A stretch of DNA of 64,000 nucleotides. Origin: Clostridia bacterium (GTDB lineage Bacteria; Bacillota; Clostridia; Oscillospirales; CAG-272). The stretch lies in contig JAGBSP010000020.1 of NCBI GenBank assembly GCA_017631855.1, forward strand, positions 7,754 to 71,753. Reading direction: 5' to 3'. The notes beneath the pieces are model-generated. The model was not told the DNA's origin and did not search any database. It saw nothing but the letters and a program-made list of their open reading frames with translations. A program made the translations under genes and the position numbers. How positions within the stretch are numbered: the stretch's first letter is position 1; each line of letters opens with the position of its first letter. Below are positions 28,479 through 38,006 of this stretch, in pieces.

Positions 28479-29948
28479 ATGATGAAAAAATTGATTGCTG
28501 TTTTCTTGTGTCTGATGACCGTATTTTCTTTGGTTGCTTGTAGTAACGAAGAGCATAGCTCCGAATGGGAAACCGACCCCGTGACCGAAGCAAGCAAACA
28601 AAACGAACCAAAGGAAGAGCAATCCTCATCTCCTAAGGTGTATTTCAAGCTCGAACTGAAGGATCTTGGCTTCTATTACGAGATCTACGACAAGCAGGGA
28701 AATGTCGTGCTTGCCAAGGAGACGATGCGCCCCACCGAAATTACGATGCTTGGCGAGTCGATCGTGGATATTGAGATCGCAATGGGAACGGGACTTGCGT
28801 TCCATACCTATTATGACGTCGAGGGAAACCGCTTCTCCGAGGAATACAGCTACGTGGTTGCGGCATCGGGCAACCTTGTGGCATACATCGATGCGCCGAT
28901 GAAGGATCCCCTACAGCACCGCAAGCTGGTGGTCAGAGATATCTTTGATAAAACCGTATTTTATAAGTCATTTTCCTTGGATTTCTCCGAAACAATACCC
29001 GATATGCCAATCGAATCGGCAAGCTTTACCGAGGGAGAAGCCGAGCTTGAGGTCGTGTATTGGAGCGAACGTCCCGCAACCACGCACTCAATCACGATTC
29101 CGATTCGTCGCAATGCGTCCGAAGGCGAAAAATTATCCGAAGAAGAGCGGGCAATGAAGGCGTACGAGGAAGCACTGAACGGCAAAATCAACCTGTATGA
29201 CCCCGTTGTTCAGGATTACAGCCTCTTGAAAGATTTCAAAACTCCCTACAATCAAATCCCACTTTGCGAAGCGGGAAGTCTGGGATACGCATACGTAGAT
29301 TTGGACGGAGATATGAGCAATGAGCTCGTTATCGATTGCGGGGATACCCTGATCCTGCGTTATTACGAGGGCAGTGTTTGCGTGTATTCGTTTACGTTCA
29401 GAAGCTTGTATGACTTACAAACCGATGGCTCGTATGCTTGGAATCACACAGGATCGAATTTTGAATACGGAGAAAGCCAAATTACGTTTGACGGCGAGGA
29501 ACTGAAAACAAAGGAGCTTTACCGTATCGTCAACGACGGAGAGCCGAACGCTGAATATTATATCGAAGGAAAGCAGGTAACCGAGGAAGAGTTATTAGAA
29601 TATATCGAAGCCCATCCCAAAACCAAGGTCAAATTTGCACCGCTGGAAGTATCGTGGCTGAATAAAATTTCACGCACCGAAGCCTTGCAGATTGCCGCCG
29701 ACTATTGGCAGATCGAAGATGGCGACGTAGATTATGCGGCAGGCAAAAAAAATGTTTGTCGGATTACTCTCATCGATACCACAAGCTATCATAAAAATGT
29801 TTATCATATTGCACATCAAGATGAAATCTATCGTAGAAATGAACTCGATCAGTATACGTTCTCATCGCTTGAAACCACAAGTCAAATCTATGTAGATGCG
29901 ACAACAGGCGAGTGCATTCCCTACGGGGAGCCCGACGGAAAAGGCTAA
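28479..29948 (+). CDS. Lipoprotein of unknown function
   Basis: Basic N-terminus, hydrophobic stretch, lipobox LVAC; DLDGD motif; C-terminal IYVDATTGE (PepSY-like); own TTGACA-17 bp-TATACT promoter. Confidence 0.7.
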   Translation: MMKKLIAVFLCLMTVFSLVACSNEEHSSEWETDPVTEASKQNEPKEEQSSSPKVYFKLELKDLGFYYEIYDKQGNVVLAKETMRPTEITMLGESIVDIEIAMGTGLAFHTYYDVEGNRFSEEYSYVVAASGNLVAYIDAPMKDPLQHRKLVVRDIFDKTVFYKSFSLDFSETIPDMPIESASFTEGEAELEVVYWSERPATTHSITIPIRRNASEGEKLSEEERAMKAYEEALNGKINLYDPVVQDYSLLKDFKTPYNQIPLCEAGSLGYAYVDLDGDMSNELVIDCGDTLILRYYEGSVCVYSFTFRSLYDLQTDGSYAWNHTGSNFEYGESQITFDGEELKTKELYRIVNDGEPNAEYYIEGKQVTEEELLEYIEAHPKTKVKFAPLEVSWLNKISRTEALQIAADYWQIEDGDVDYAAGKKNVCRITLIDTTSYHKNVYHIAHQDEIYRRNELDQYTFSSLETTSQIYVDATTGECIPYGEPDGKG

Positions 29949-29952
29949 AAAC

Positions 29953-29983
29953 ACAGCCGTGAAAGCATTGCTTTCACGGCTGT
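29953..29983. terminator. Hairpin between convergent genes
   Basis: ACAGCCGTGAAAGC-ATT-GCTTTCACGGCTGT. Confidence 0.7.
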
Positions 29984-29990
29984 ACTGTCT

Positions 29991-30986
29991 TTATAGAGAA
30001 ATCTCGTCAATCCTTCTCAGCTCCTCGTCGGAGAAGGGAGCGGAGTGAATCGCCTTGAGATTATCAAGGATCTGGGAAGGCTTGGAAGCACCGACAAGAA
30101 CGCTTGTGACGGCACTCTCACGCAGTACCCACGCAAGTGCCATCTGAGCCAGACTCTCGCCGCGCTCCTTGGCAATCTCATTGAGCGCGCGGATCTGTGC
30201 GAGTTTTTCCTCGGTGAGAATGTCCGCCTTGATCGAAACGCCGTTCACGGCAATGCGGCTGTCCTCGGGAATTCCGCCGAGGTAACGGTCGGTCAAAAGT
30301 CCTTGTGCTAAGGGCGAGAAGACGATCACGCCCTTTTTTTCTTGTTTTGCCGCCGTGAGAAGTCCGTTGTTCTCTACCGTGCGGTCGAAGATTGAGTAGC
30401 GGTTCTGATTGATCACAAAGGGGCACTTCAGCTCGCGCAAAATGGCAGACGCGCGCAAAAGCAGCTCGCCGTCGTAGTTGGAAAGTCCCGCATAGAGCGC
30501 TTTTCCGCTCTTGACCGCCTGATTGAGTGCCCCCATCGTTTCTTCCAGAGGCGTGTTCGGGTCGGGACGGTGGTGGTAGAAGATATCCACGTAGTCAAGC
30601 TCAAGATGTCTAAGGCTCAGATCAAGGCTTGAGAGCAGCGATTTGCGACTACCCCAGTTGCCGTACGGCCCTTCGCGCAAAAGATGTCCTGCTTTGGTGC
30701 TGATGATCATATCGTCGCGGTGCGCGCTCATTTCCTCGTGCAGAATTTTGCCGAAATTGACCTCGGCGCTGCCGGGAACGGGACGACCGTAGTTGTTGGC
30801 AAGGTCAAAATGCGTGATGCCGTGATCAAAAGCGGTAAAGCACATCTGTTTCATATTCTCAAAATCATTGACGACGCTGAAATTGTGCCAAAGTCCAAGA
30901 GATACGGCGGGGAGCATCAGACCGCTCTCGCCGCAAGGGTTGTATTTCATTTCGGAAAACCGTGTTTCAGAAGCAATATAAGCCAT
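29991..30986 (-). CDS. Aldo/keto reductase (YghZ/Gpr-like)
   Basis: SLGLWHNF, FDLANNYG, ISTKAG, VDIFYHHRPD, FSPLAQGLLT. Confidence 0.9.
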   Translation of the reverse strand: MAYIASETRFSEMKYNPCGESGLMLPAVSLGLWHNFSVVNDFENMKQMCFTAFDHGITHFDLANNYGRPVPGSAEVNFGKILHEEMSAHRDDMIISTKAGHLLREGPYGNWGSRKSLLSSLDLSLRHLELDYVDIFYHHRPDPNTPLEETMGALNQAVKSGKALYAGLSNYDGELLLRASAILRELKCPFVINQNRYSIFDRTVENNGLLTAAKQEKKGVIVFSPLAQGLLTDRYLGGIPEDSRIAVNGVSIKADILTEEKLAQIRALNEIAKERGESLAQMALAWVLRESAVTSVLVGASKPSQILDNLKAIHSAPFSDEELRRIDEISL

Positions 30987-31050
30987 AAAAACTCCTTTTT
31001 GTCAAGCTTTGATACTTCATTATACCACAAAAAATTTTTACCGTCAATAG

Positions 31051-31081
31051 AAAAAGCAGATCGGCATTGCCGATCTGCTTT
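31051..31081 (-). terminator. Terminator of the hdr-flx-fumarate reductase operon
   Basis: AAAGCAGATCGGC-ATT-GCCGATCTGCTTT with a T-run on the minus strand. Confidence 0.75.
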
Positions 31082-31095
31082 GTGGTTTATAAAGC

Positions 31096-32358
31096 TTAGA
31101 ACAAGATAATGAGGAACTGCGATACCAGCACCACCGCAATCAGTGCGATCGGGTAGGTTGCCGCGTAAGCCGCAGCGACGTCCTCGGTCTTGGAAACACC
31201 GATCAGCGTTCCAAGTGCGGGAGTCGAGGTCATACCGCCCGTGATCGAGCCGAGGTTGTTGAGAAGGCTCAGCTTGAGCACGTACTTCGCGAAGAGGAAT
31301 CCGATGATCATAGGAATGATCGTCATAATGATACCGTAGACAAAGTACATCGGGTCGAAGTTCTCAACGAACTCTGCGCCGCCGGGGATACCCGCGCCAA
31401 CGAGGAAGAGAACCAGACCAAGCTCGCGGAAGAGCTTGAGCGTGCCCTGCGTGGGCATCATATTGACTCTGCCGAAGCGGCCGAAATGACCGATGACCAA
31501 GCTGACCAGCAGACAACCGCCCGTGGTCGTCAGCGAGAAGCAAGTACCGTCAAGACCTGCGGAAGAGAGCGGAATCTTGACCTGACCGATCAGCGTGCCG
31601 AGAATTGCGGCAAGCGAGAAAGCGGCAATACCCATGTGGTCAATATCAAAGAGCTTCTTTGCAAAAGGCTTTTTTGCCTCTTCTTCCTTGATGACGAGCT
31701 TTGCGCGTTCTGCATCCATATCTGCCTTCGAGAGCTTCGGAACGAGCTGAACGAAGAGAACGACGCCGATTACGCCGAAGATATACGCAATGCCGTGTCC
31801 AACCGATACAAGACCCTGAAGCGAAGGATCTACCGTTGCCTTAGCAGCGGAGAACGCGGGGGTCGAGGTCAGAGAGCCCGAAAGCAGACCGACGATCATC
31901 GCAACGAAGCCGTCCTGCGTTTCGATCGTAGCGCCGTAGCCGAGTACCTCGCCAAGAGCGATACAACCCGCAGCGGCAAGACCGCCTGCGAGAATGATGA
32001 TAAGACCAAGAAGAACGTAGGATTTGAAGTTGCGCTTGAAGTTTCCGAAGAACTTCGGACCTGCAATAAAGCCGACCGAGGTAACGACAAGAACAAGTCC
32101 AAGGCTTTCAATGAGCGAAAGACCTGCATTGAAATCATAAGGCTTTGCCGAGAAATCAAAGGTCAGCATACCAAGCTCATTGACGTGGAAGAAGAGTGCA
32201 CCTGCGAGCAGTGCTATAATAAATACGCCTGCGTCGCCAAGGGAAACGCCTTTGACGGTGATTCTGCCGAGGGCATAGCCCAGCATCAGAACCGAGAAAA
32301 CGACGAACAGAAGCGTCGAAATGTTACTTACGGAAATGACTCCGCCAAAAAAACTCAT
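31096..32358 (-). CDS. AspT/YidE/YbjL family exchanger (candidate succinate exporter)
   Basis: Two hydrophobic halves with GSLTSTPA and GGMTSTPALG, YAATYP; short linker without TrkA-C domains. Confidence 0.85.
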   Translation of the reverse strand: MSFFGGVISVSNISTLLFVVFSVLMLGYALGRITVKGVSLGDAGVFIIALLAGALFFHVNELGMLTFDFSAKPYDFNAGLSLIESLGLVLVVTSVGFIAGPKFFGNFKRNFKSYVLLGLIIILAGGLAAAGCIALGEVLGYGATIETQDGFVAMIVGLLSGSLTSTPAFSAAKATVDPSLQGLVSVGHGIAYIFGVIGVVLFVQLVPKLSKADMDAERAKLVIKEEEAKKPFAKKLFDIDHMGIAAFSLAAILGTLIGQVKIPLSSAGLDGTCFSLTTTGGCLLVSLVIGHFGRFGRVNMMPTQGTLKLFRELGLVLFLVGAGIPGGAEFVENFDPMYFVYGIIMTIIPMIIGFLFAKYVLKLSLLNNLGSITGGMTSTPALGTLIGVSKTEDVAAAYAATYPIALIAVVLVSQFLIILF

Positions 32359-32379
32359 ACTGCGAACACTCCTTTTGAA

Positions 32380-34032
32380 TTATTTCATCAGCTTTGCATT
32401 CGGCTCGTCAAACATGGGATTGCCGTGCGTATAACGGGGAAGGAGCTTCGGCAAGACGGTATCGGTTACGATGCCTGCATCTGCCATTTCCTTCATAAAG
32501 TCCTCAACGTGAGAGAGGGAGAGCGTCTTGGGCGCATCGATCTTCTCGGCAGCCTCAGCCGCGTGAATACCTGCGTTACGACCGAATACGATGATGTCCA
32601 AGAGAGAGTTACCCATCAGTCTGTTCTCACCGTGGATACCGCCGACTGCCTCACCTGCGACGAAGAGGTTCTCAACGTCGGACATACCGTTGTCGGCAAT
32701 CTTGATACCGCCGTTCTGGTAGTGGAGCGTGGGGTAGATCAGAATGGGCTGCTTACGCATATCGATGCCGTACTTCAGATACATACGCATCATTGCGGGA
32801 ATTCTCTTTTCAATCGTGCCCTCACCGTGGATCTTTTCGATCATCGGAGAGTCAAGCCAGATACCCTTTCCACCGTTGAAGGTGTCAACACCCTTGCCGC
32901 GCTTGCACTCACGGATGACCGTGGAAGCACAAACGTCACGGGTTTCGAGAGGATACATAAACGCCTCACCGTCCGCATTGATCAGCTGAGCACCGATCGA
33001 ACGAACCTTCTCGGTAACGAGTGCACCGAAGATCTGAGAGGGGTATGCCGCACCCGTGGGGTGGTACTGAAGAGTATAAGCATAGAGCAGAGGCGCGCCT
33101 GCACGGTAAGCCATAACAAGTCCGTCTGCCGTTGCGCCGTAGTGGTTCGAGGTCGGGAAGCCCTGATAGTGCATACGACCTGCACCGCCCGTAGCGATAA
33201 CAACCGTCTTCGCGCGAGCAATGAGGATCTCCTGCGTTTCCATGTTCATCAGCACGGCACCGGCAGCCTTGCCGTTCTCGTCCTTGATGATTTCGATTGC
33301 CGAGGTGAAGTCAACCACGGGGATTGCACGGTTCTGTACCTCGTCACGAAGGACACGCATAATTTCCGCACCCGAGTAGTCCTTTGCGGCGTGCATACGC
33401 TTGCGCGAGGTTCCGCCACCGTGGGTGGTAACCATCGTGCCGTCTGCTTCCTTGTCGAACATAACGCCAAGGTCGTTGAGCCACTTGATACAAATGGGAG
33501 CGTCGTTAACGAGCTTGTAAACCAGCTCGGGAACGTTCTTGAAGTGACCGCCGCCCATAACGTCGAGATAGTGCTGTGCGGGGCTGTCGTTCGGCTTATC
33601 CGCTGCCTGAATACCGCCCTCTGCCATCATCGTGTTGGCATCGCCGTGGCGAAGCTTGGTCACGATCATAACGTTTGCACCCTTCTCGTGTGCCATAATT
33701 GCCGCAGCAGAGCCAGCTCCGCCACCGCCGATGATCAGAACGTCAACGTCGTAGTCAACCTTGGAAAGATCAATGTCAGCGGGGTTGACGCGGGGATTAG
33801 CCTGAAGAATTTCGGCAAGCTCGAGCGGAACCTTTTCACCCTTGTTCGGACCGATCGAAAGCTCGGCGAACTGGGATTTGATGTGGTCGGGGTGATTTTC
33901 GAGAAGAACCTGATCTTTTTCTTCTGCGGTCATACGGCGGGGATGATTTCCTGCCAAGACCTGTGCGAGGCGCGCCTCACGGGTTGCTTCCACCTTCTTG
34001 ATGGATTCTAACATTTCCTGTGTATAAGACAT
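32380..34032 (-). CDS. Soluble fumarate reductase flavoprotein (TfrA/FrdA-like)
   Basis: IIGGGGAG, MAEGG, QYHPT, TEKVR, TRD, HYQNGG, GENRLMGNSL. Confidence 0.85.
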   Translation of the reverse strand: MSYTQEMLESIKKVEATREARLAQVLAGNHPRRMTAEEKDQVLLENHPDHIKSQFAELSIGPNKGEKVPLELAEILQANPRVNPADIDLSKVDYDVDVLIIGGGGAGSAAAIMAHEKGANVMIVTKLRHGDANTMMAEGGIQAADKPNDSPAQHYLDVMGGGHFKNVPELVYKLVNDAPICIKWLNDLGVMFDKEADGTMVTTHGGGTSRKRMHAAKDYSGAEIMRVLRDEVQNRAIPVVDFTSAIEIIKDENGKAAGAVLMNMETQEILIARAKTVVIATGGAGRMHYQGFPTSNHYGATADGLVMAYRAGAPLLYAYTLQYHPTGAAYPSQIFGALVTEKVRSIGAQLINADGEAFMYPLETRDVCASTVIRECKRGKGVDTFNGGKGIWLDSPMIEKIHGEGTIEKRIPAMMRMYLKYGIDMRKQPILIYPTLHYQNGGIKIADNGMSDVENLFVAGEAVGGIHGENRLMGNSLLDIIVFGRNAGIHAAEAAEKIDAPKTLSLSHVEDFMKEMADAGIVTDTVLPKLLPRYTHGNPMFDEPNAKLMK

Positions 34033-34046
34033 TTCCTGGCCCCTCC

Positions 34047-34721
34047 TTATTTCTCGAAATCACGGTTGTTGTACATTTCCTTGAGCTCCTCGGCAGTCTT
34101 CTTCATAATATCCTGAAGAGCTGCTTCGCAGTCGCCGCCTTCGATCTCGGCAACGCGTGCCAGAAGATGCTCGGTTTCGGGAGCGAGATACTTACCCGTC
34201 AGACGGCGGGCAAGGAGTCCAACCTGAGGATGCGTAATGCCTGCGGGGCAACGCGACGAGCAAACGCCGCACATCACGCAGTCAAAGGATTCCTCAGCGC
34301 ACTTTTCGTACTCGCCTCTCTGAGCGTAAGCGATGTACTGCATAACGTTCAGATCCTGCGTGCACGCCTTGGTACAAGCGTTACAACCAACGCAAGCGTA
34401 GATCTCGGGGTAGAGCTGCATCATGATCTGCTCGGTGGGCTTGACCTTCTGAATGTCGTAGGGCTGCTTGACGAGCGGGAAGAAGGGCAGAGTAGCAATA
34501 TACATATTGTCCTCAACCTTCGTCTGGCAAGCAAGGCAGGTCTTGAGCTCGCGCTCACCCTTAATGCGGTAGATCGTTGCACAAGCGCCGCAGAAGCCGC
34601 AACGGCAACCGACACCGCGTACCAGCTGATAGCCTGCGTATTCCATTGCGTTCATAATTGTCAGGCTTGCGGGTACTTCATATTTTTTACCGTAAAGGTA
34701 AATATTTACCATCTTTTCCAT
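34047..34721 (-). CDS. Fumarate reductase Fe-S subunit ([2Fe-2S] plus 2x[4Fe-4S])
   Basis: CRCGFCGAC...LAC; CVGCNACTKAC; CVMCGVCSSRCP. Confidence 0.82.
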   Translation of the reverse strand: MEKMVNIYLYGKKYEVPASLTIMNAMEYAGYQLVRGVGCRCGFCGACATIYRIKGERELKTCLACQTKVEDNMYIATLPFFPLVKQPYDIQKVKPTEQIMMQLYPEIYACVGCNACTKACTQDLNVMQYIAYAQRGEYEKCAEESFDCVMCGVCSSRCPAGITHPQVGLLARRLTGKYLAPETEHLLARVAEIEGGDCEAALQDIMKKTAEELKEMYNNRDFEK

Positions 34722-34747
34722 ATCGTTATTATCCCTTCTTTACCTTC

Positions 34748-35581
34748 TTAATATTCGTCGGGGAGCTCATCGATCTGATCGCAACGGAAGACAGGGCCGT
34801 CCTTGCAGACGTACTTTGCGCCAACGTTGCATCTGCCGCATTTTCCAACGCCGCATTTCATGCGAAGCTCCAGAGTGGTGTAGACCTGCGTTTTGTCAAA
34901 GCCGATCTCCTGAAGACCTGCTAAGGTGAACTTGATCATAATGGGAGGACCGCAGAGAATTGCGATCTTGTCGGTCGAGAAGCCAAGCTCCTTGACGTAG
35001 TTGGGAACAAAGCCAACGTGACCGTCCCATTCAGGCTGCTCACGGTCGATCGTCAGATGGACCGAAACGCCTGCGTCCTTCGACCACTCCTCGATGATCT
35101 CACGGTAGTCTACGAGGTCCTGCATACTGCGAGAACCGTAAACGATATCGATCTTACCGTAGCGATCACGGTAGTGACGGCAGTAGTTGATGACCGAGCG
35201 CAAGGGAGCAAGACCGATACCGCCCGCGATAAAGAGCATATCGTGTCCCGCAAACGCCGTGTCAACAGGGAATGCGTTTCCGTACGGACCGCGAATGGTG
35301 ATCTGCTGACCAACCTCCATCGAGTGGAGCCATTCGGTCACACAACCGCACTTTTTAATGGAAAACTCCATATACTCGGTATTCGTGGGGGAAGAGGTGA
35401 TCGAGAACATTGCCTCACCCACACCGGGGATCGAAAGCATCGCGCACTGACCGGGCATATGGTCAAACGCCTTCTTACCGTCGGGAGTTACAACACGGAA
35501 GGTTTTTACGTCGGGGGTGTCGATACGGATATCGGTGACAACACCTACGACGGGAATGAGAGTTTCCTTCATATCAACCAT
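34748..35581 (-). CDS. flxA: FlxA-like FAD/NAD-binding subunit (AsrB/HydG family)
   Basis: PGQ, RGPYGN, AGGIGLAP, CGPPIM, MKCGVGKCGRC...VCKDGPVF. Confidence 0.8.
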   Translation of the reverse strand: MVDMKETLIPVVGVVTDIRIDTPDVKTFRVVTPDGKKAFDHMPGQCAMLSIPGVGEAMFSITSSPTNTEYMEFSIKKCGCVTEWLHSMEVGQQITIRGPYGNAFPVDTAFAGHDMLFIAGGIGLAPLRSVINYCRHYRDRYGKIDIVYGSRSMQDLVDYREIIEEWSKDAGVSVHLTIDREQPEWDGHVGFVPNYVKELGFSTDKIAILCGPPIMIKFTLAGLQEIGFDKTQVYTTLELRMKCGVGKCGRCNVGAKYVCKDGPVFRCDQIDELPDEY

Positions 35582-36599
35582 TGTCTTTTCCTCCTAACGT
35601 TTTCATTACTTTCACGATATTCATATTGATCGGGCACTTAGCAAGACATCTGCCGCAACCAACGCAGGAGAAGAGTCCGTCATTGTTGGTGGGGTAGTAG
35701 ACGAGCTTGTGCATAAAGCGCTGACGGAAGCGTTCCACCTGAGTCAGACGGTTATTTCCGTGCGCCATTCTGGTAAATTCGGAATACATGCAGGAATCCC
35801 AGCAACGGAAACGCTTGATACCGTGTCCCGTGTCGAAATCCTTAATGTCGTAGCACTGGCAAGTGGGGCAAACGAAGGTGCAGGTTCCGCAACCAAGACA
35901 GCTCTGCGAGAGCTCCTTCCACTCGGGACGGTTGAAGAATTCCATCGTCTTGTCGGCACCAAAGTCGGATGCCGAGAGGTTTGCCAAGGGAAGCTTTGCC
36001 ATTCTCTCGCGAATGAGAGCCTGCTGTGCTTCAACCGCAGAAGTATCGCACTCTTCGGTCAGAGCCGAAAGACGGGCCAGAAGAGTCTCACCCTTTTCGG
36101 TCTTCGCGTCAAGGTAGAGCGTATCCTCGGTCTTGTGGCAAACGATATCGCCTTCGGGAGCGGCAGCGTCAATGCCAAAGGTCTGACAGAAGCAGGTCTC
36201 GGCAGGACGGGTGCACGCCATCGAAATGATCACACCGTGATCGCGGCGGTTTTTGTAGTAGGTGTCTACTGGCTCGGAAAGGAAGACGCGGTCAAGAACC
36301 TCAAAGCTGCGAACGTCGCAAGCGCGAACGCCGAAGATCACGAAATCCTCGCACTCCTTTCGGGTGTCGATGATTTCGATGCTCTTGCCCTCAACCTTGA
36401 AATCCATCAGATTTTCGGTCTGGGGGAAGAAGAAATCCTTGGGGGAGCGTACCGTGTTGAGTGCGTTCGAAAGCGTCGCACCCTCACACCATTCGGCATA
36501 AACCGCACCCTTTTCGGTATCCTGAGGCAGGTAAAGCGTCTCTTCGGCAGCAATTGCCGCAAAGAGAGCGTCAAGATTAGCTAAAGAGATTTTACGCAT
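35574..36599 (-). CDS. flxB: FlxB-like 4Fe-4S protein (AsrA family)
   Basis: GVRACD, CLGCGTCTFVCPTCQC, WDSC, RFRQRFMHK, CVGCGRC...CP. Confidence 0.8.
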   Translation of the reverse strand: MRKISLANLDALFAAIAAEETLYLPQDTEKGAVYAEWCEGATLSNALNTVRSPKDFFFPQTENLMDFKVEGKSIEIIDTRKECEDFVIFGVRACDVRSFEVLDRVFLSEPVDTYYKNRRDHGVIISMACTRPAETCFCQTFGIDAAAPEGDIVCHKTEDTLYLDAKTEKGETLLARLSALTEECDTSAVEAQQALIRERMAKLPLANLSASDFGADKTMEFFNRPEWKELSQSCLGCGTCTFVCPTCQCYDIKDFDTGHGIKRFRCWDSCMYSEFTRMAHGNNRLTQVERFRQRFMHKLVYYPTNNDGLFSCVGCGRCLAKCPINMNIVKVMKTLGGKDNG

Positions 36600-37584
36600 T
36601 GTCGTCACCTCTTTCTACCGCCTCGTTCGGCTCGAGATCCTCGGTCGTGTAGTCAACGATCGGAGCGCGAGAACCGACCTCGGCACCTGCCTGATATTCG
36701 CCGTAGAAGTTGTCAATATCCTTGATGAACTTACGGTTGAGCAGGTGAAGCGGGATCTGCTGAGGACATACGCGCGAGCACTCGCCGCAGTCGGTGCAAC
36801 GACCAACCACGTGGAAGGCGCGGATGATGTGGAACATTTTTTCTTCAAAGGAATCGGATGCCGCCTTGTTTTCAAGACCCGATGCGGGGTTGTCAAACAC
36901 GCACTTCTCACAAGTGCAAGCGGGACATACGTTACGGCAAGCGTTGCAACGGATGCAGCGCGAGAGCTCATTCTGCCAGAAGGCAAAACGCTCGTCGGGC
37001 GTCATCGCCTCAATTGCCGCAACCTCGTCAAAGCGTGCGGAATCGAGAACCTCACCGTCCTCGCCGAGAAGCTCGTCGTAAGCCGTGTGCTTCTTCGACT
37101 TGCAGTTGATGCAGCGCTCTGCGAGAAGCGAAGCGCGGTCGAGCGTCAGCGCACCGTCAAAGAGAGTTTCAATCACGATCTTGTCGCTGTCCTCGGTGAT
37201 CGAGGCAATACCCTCAGCGCTTTTTTTGACCTTTTCTACGTCAAGCATTCCCGCGCAGGGAACACCGATCACATAAACCTTTTCGCGGTTGAAGCGATGC
37301 TCGGTCAGAAGCTGATTAAAGCTGTAAGTATCACAGGGCTTGAGGAAAACGAGAACCTTTTCGTCGGATTTCTCGGTTTCCTTAATGAGGTATTTCGAGA
37401 AGTTTGCGCCACAGAAATCGTTCCAGACGAGATCGCGCGCAAGCTCTTCTGCTGTCTGAAAGACAGCTGGGGTTACGTCGTAGTCAAATTCACCGCGCTT
37501 CCAAGCGAGAACGCGTCCTACCGTGCCGTCTGCGAGCAGAGCGGAGGCCTTTTCTACGAGTGCGTTACGAGTTATTTCTTGCAT
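36592..37584 (-). CDS. flxC: FlxC-like 4Fe-4S protein (FrhB/FdhB-related)
   Basis: KPCD, CIRCNACRNVCPACTC..C, RAFH..GRCTDCGECSRVCP. Confidence 0.78.
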   Translation of the reverse strand: MQEITRNALVEKASALLADGTVGRVLAWKRGEFDYDVTPAVFQTAEELARDLVWNDFCGANFSKYLIKETEKSDEKVLVFLKPCDTYSFNQLLTEHRFNREKVYVIGVPCAGMLDVEKVKKSAEGIASITEDSDKIVIETLFDGALTLDRASLLAERCINCKSKKHTAYDELLGEDGEVLDSARFDEVAAIEAMTPDERFAFWQNELSRCIRCNACRNVCPACTCEKCVFDNPASGLENKAASDSFEEKMFHIIRAFHVVGRCTDCGECSRVCPQQIPLHLLNRKFIKDIDNFYGEYQAGAEVGSRAPIVDYTTEDLEPNEAVERGDDNA

Positions 37585-38006
37585 CTCAGATCCTCCAATC
37601 TCTTATTTTCGCCAAGGGCGGCAACCGTCGAAACGAAATCGTTCATCGTAGCGGCAAACTTTGCACCTTCTGCCGCAGAAACCCATTCAACACGGGTTCT
37701 CTCACGCTCAATGCCGAGATAATCGAGCATCGAGAAGAGAAGAGCCATACGGCGACGGGTGTAATAGTTACCCGAAGTGTAGTGGCAGTCACCGGGGTGA
37801 CAGCCACAGATGATCACACCGTCCGCTCCGCGCTGGAAGGCACGGAGAATGAAGGTGGGATTGACACGGCAGGAGCAGGGAACGCGGATAATCTTTACGT
37901 CAGCGGGGTACGCCAGACGGTTATTTCCCGCAAGGTCAGCACCTGCGTAAGAACACCAGTTGCAGCAAAATGCAACGATCAGAGGCTTATATTCAGTTAC
38001 TTGCAT
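37572..38006 (-). CDS. flxD: FlxD/MvhD-like [2Fe-2S] subunit
   Basis: FCCNWCSYAGADLAG, RVPCS.RV, GCHPGDCHY, WVSAAEG. Confidence 0.88.
   Translation of the reverse strand: MQVTEYKPLIVAFCCNWCSYAGADLAGNNRLAYPADVKIIRVPCSCRVNPTFILRAFQRGADGVIICGCHPGDCHYTSGNYYTRRRMALLFSMLDYLGIERERTRVEWVSAAEGAKFAATMNDFVSTVAALGENKRLEDLRCKK

Noticed and set aside
31486-34011. 841-aa plus-strand ORF and other long antisense ORFs (e.g. 37970-39841, 25762-27129, 18968-20293)
   Set aside because: They shadow well-supported genes on the opposite strand, carry no recognisable motifs or RBS, and are expected from biased codon usage.
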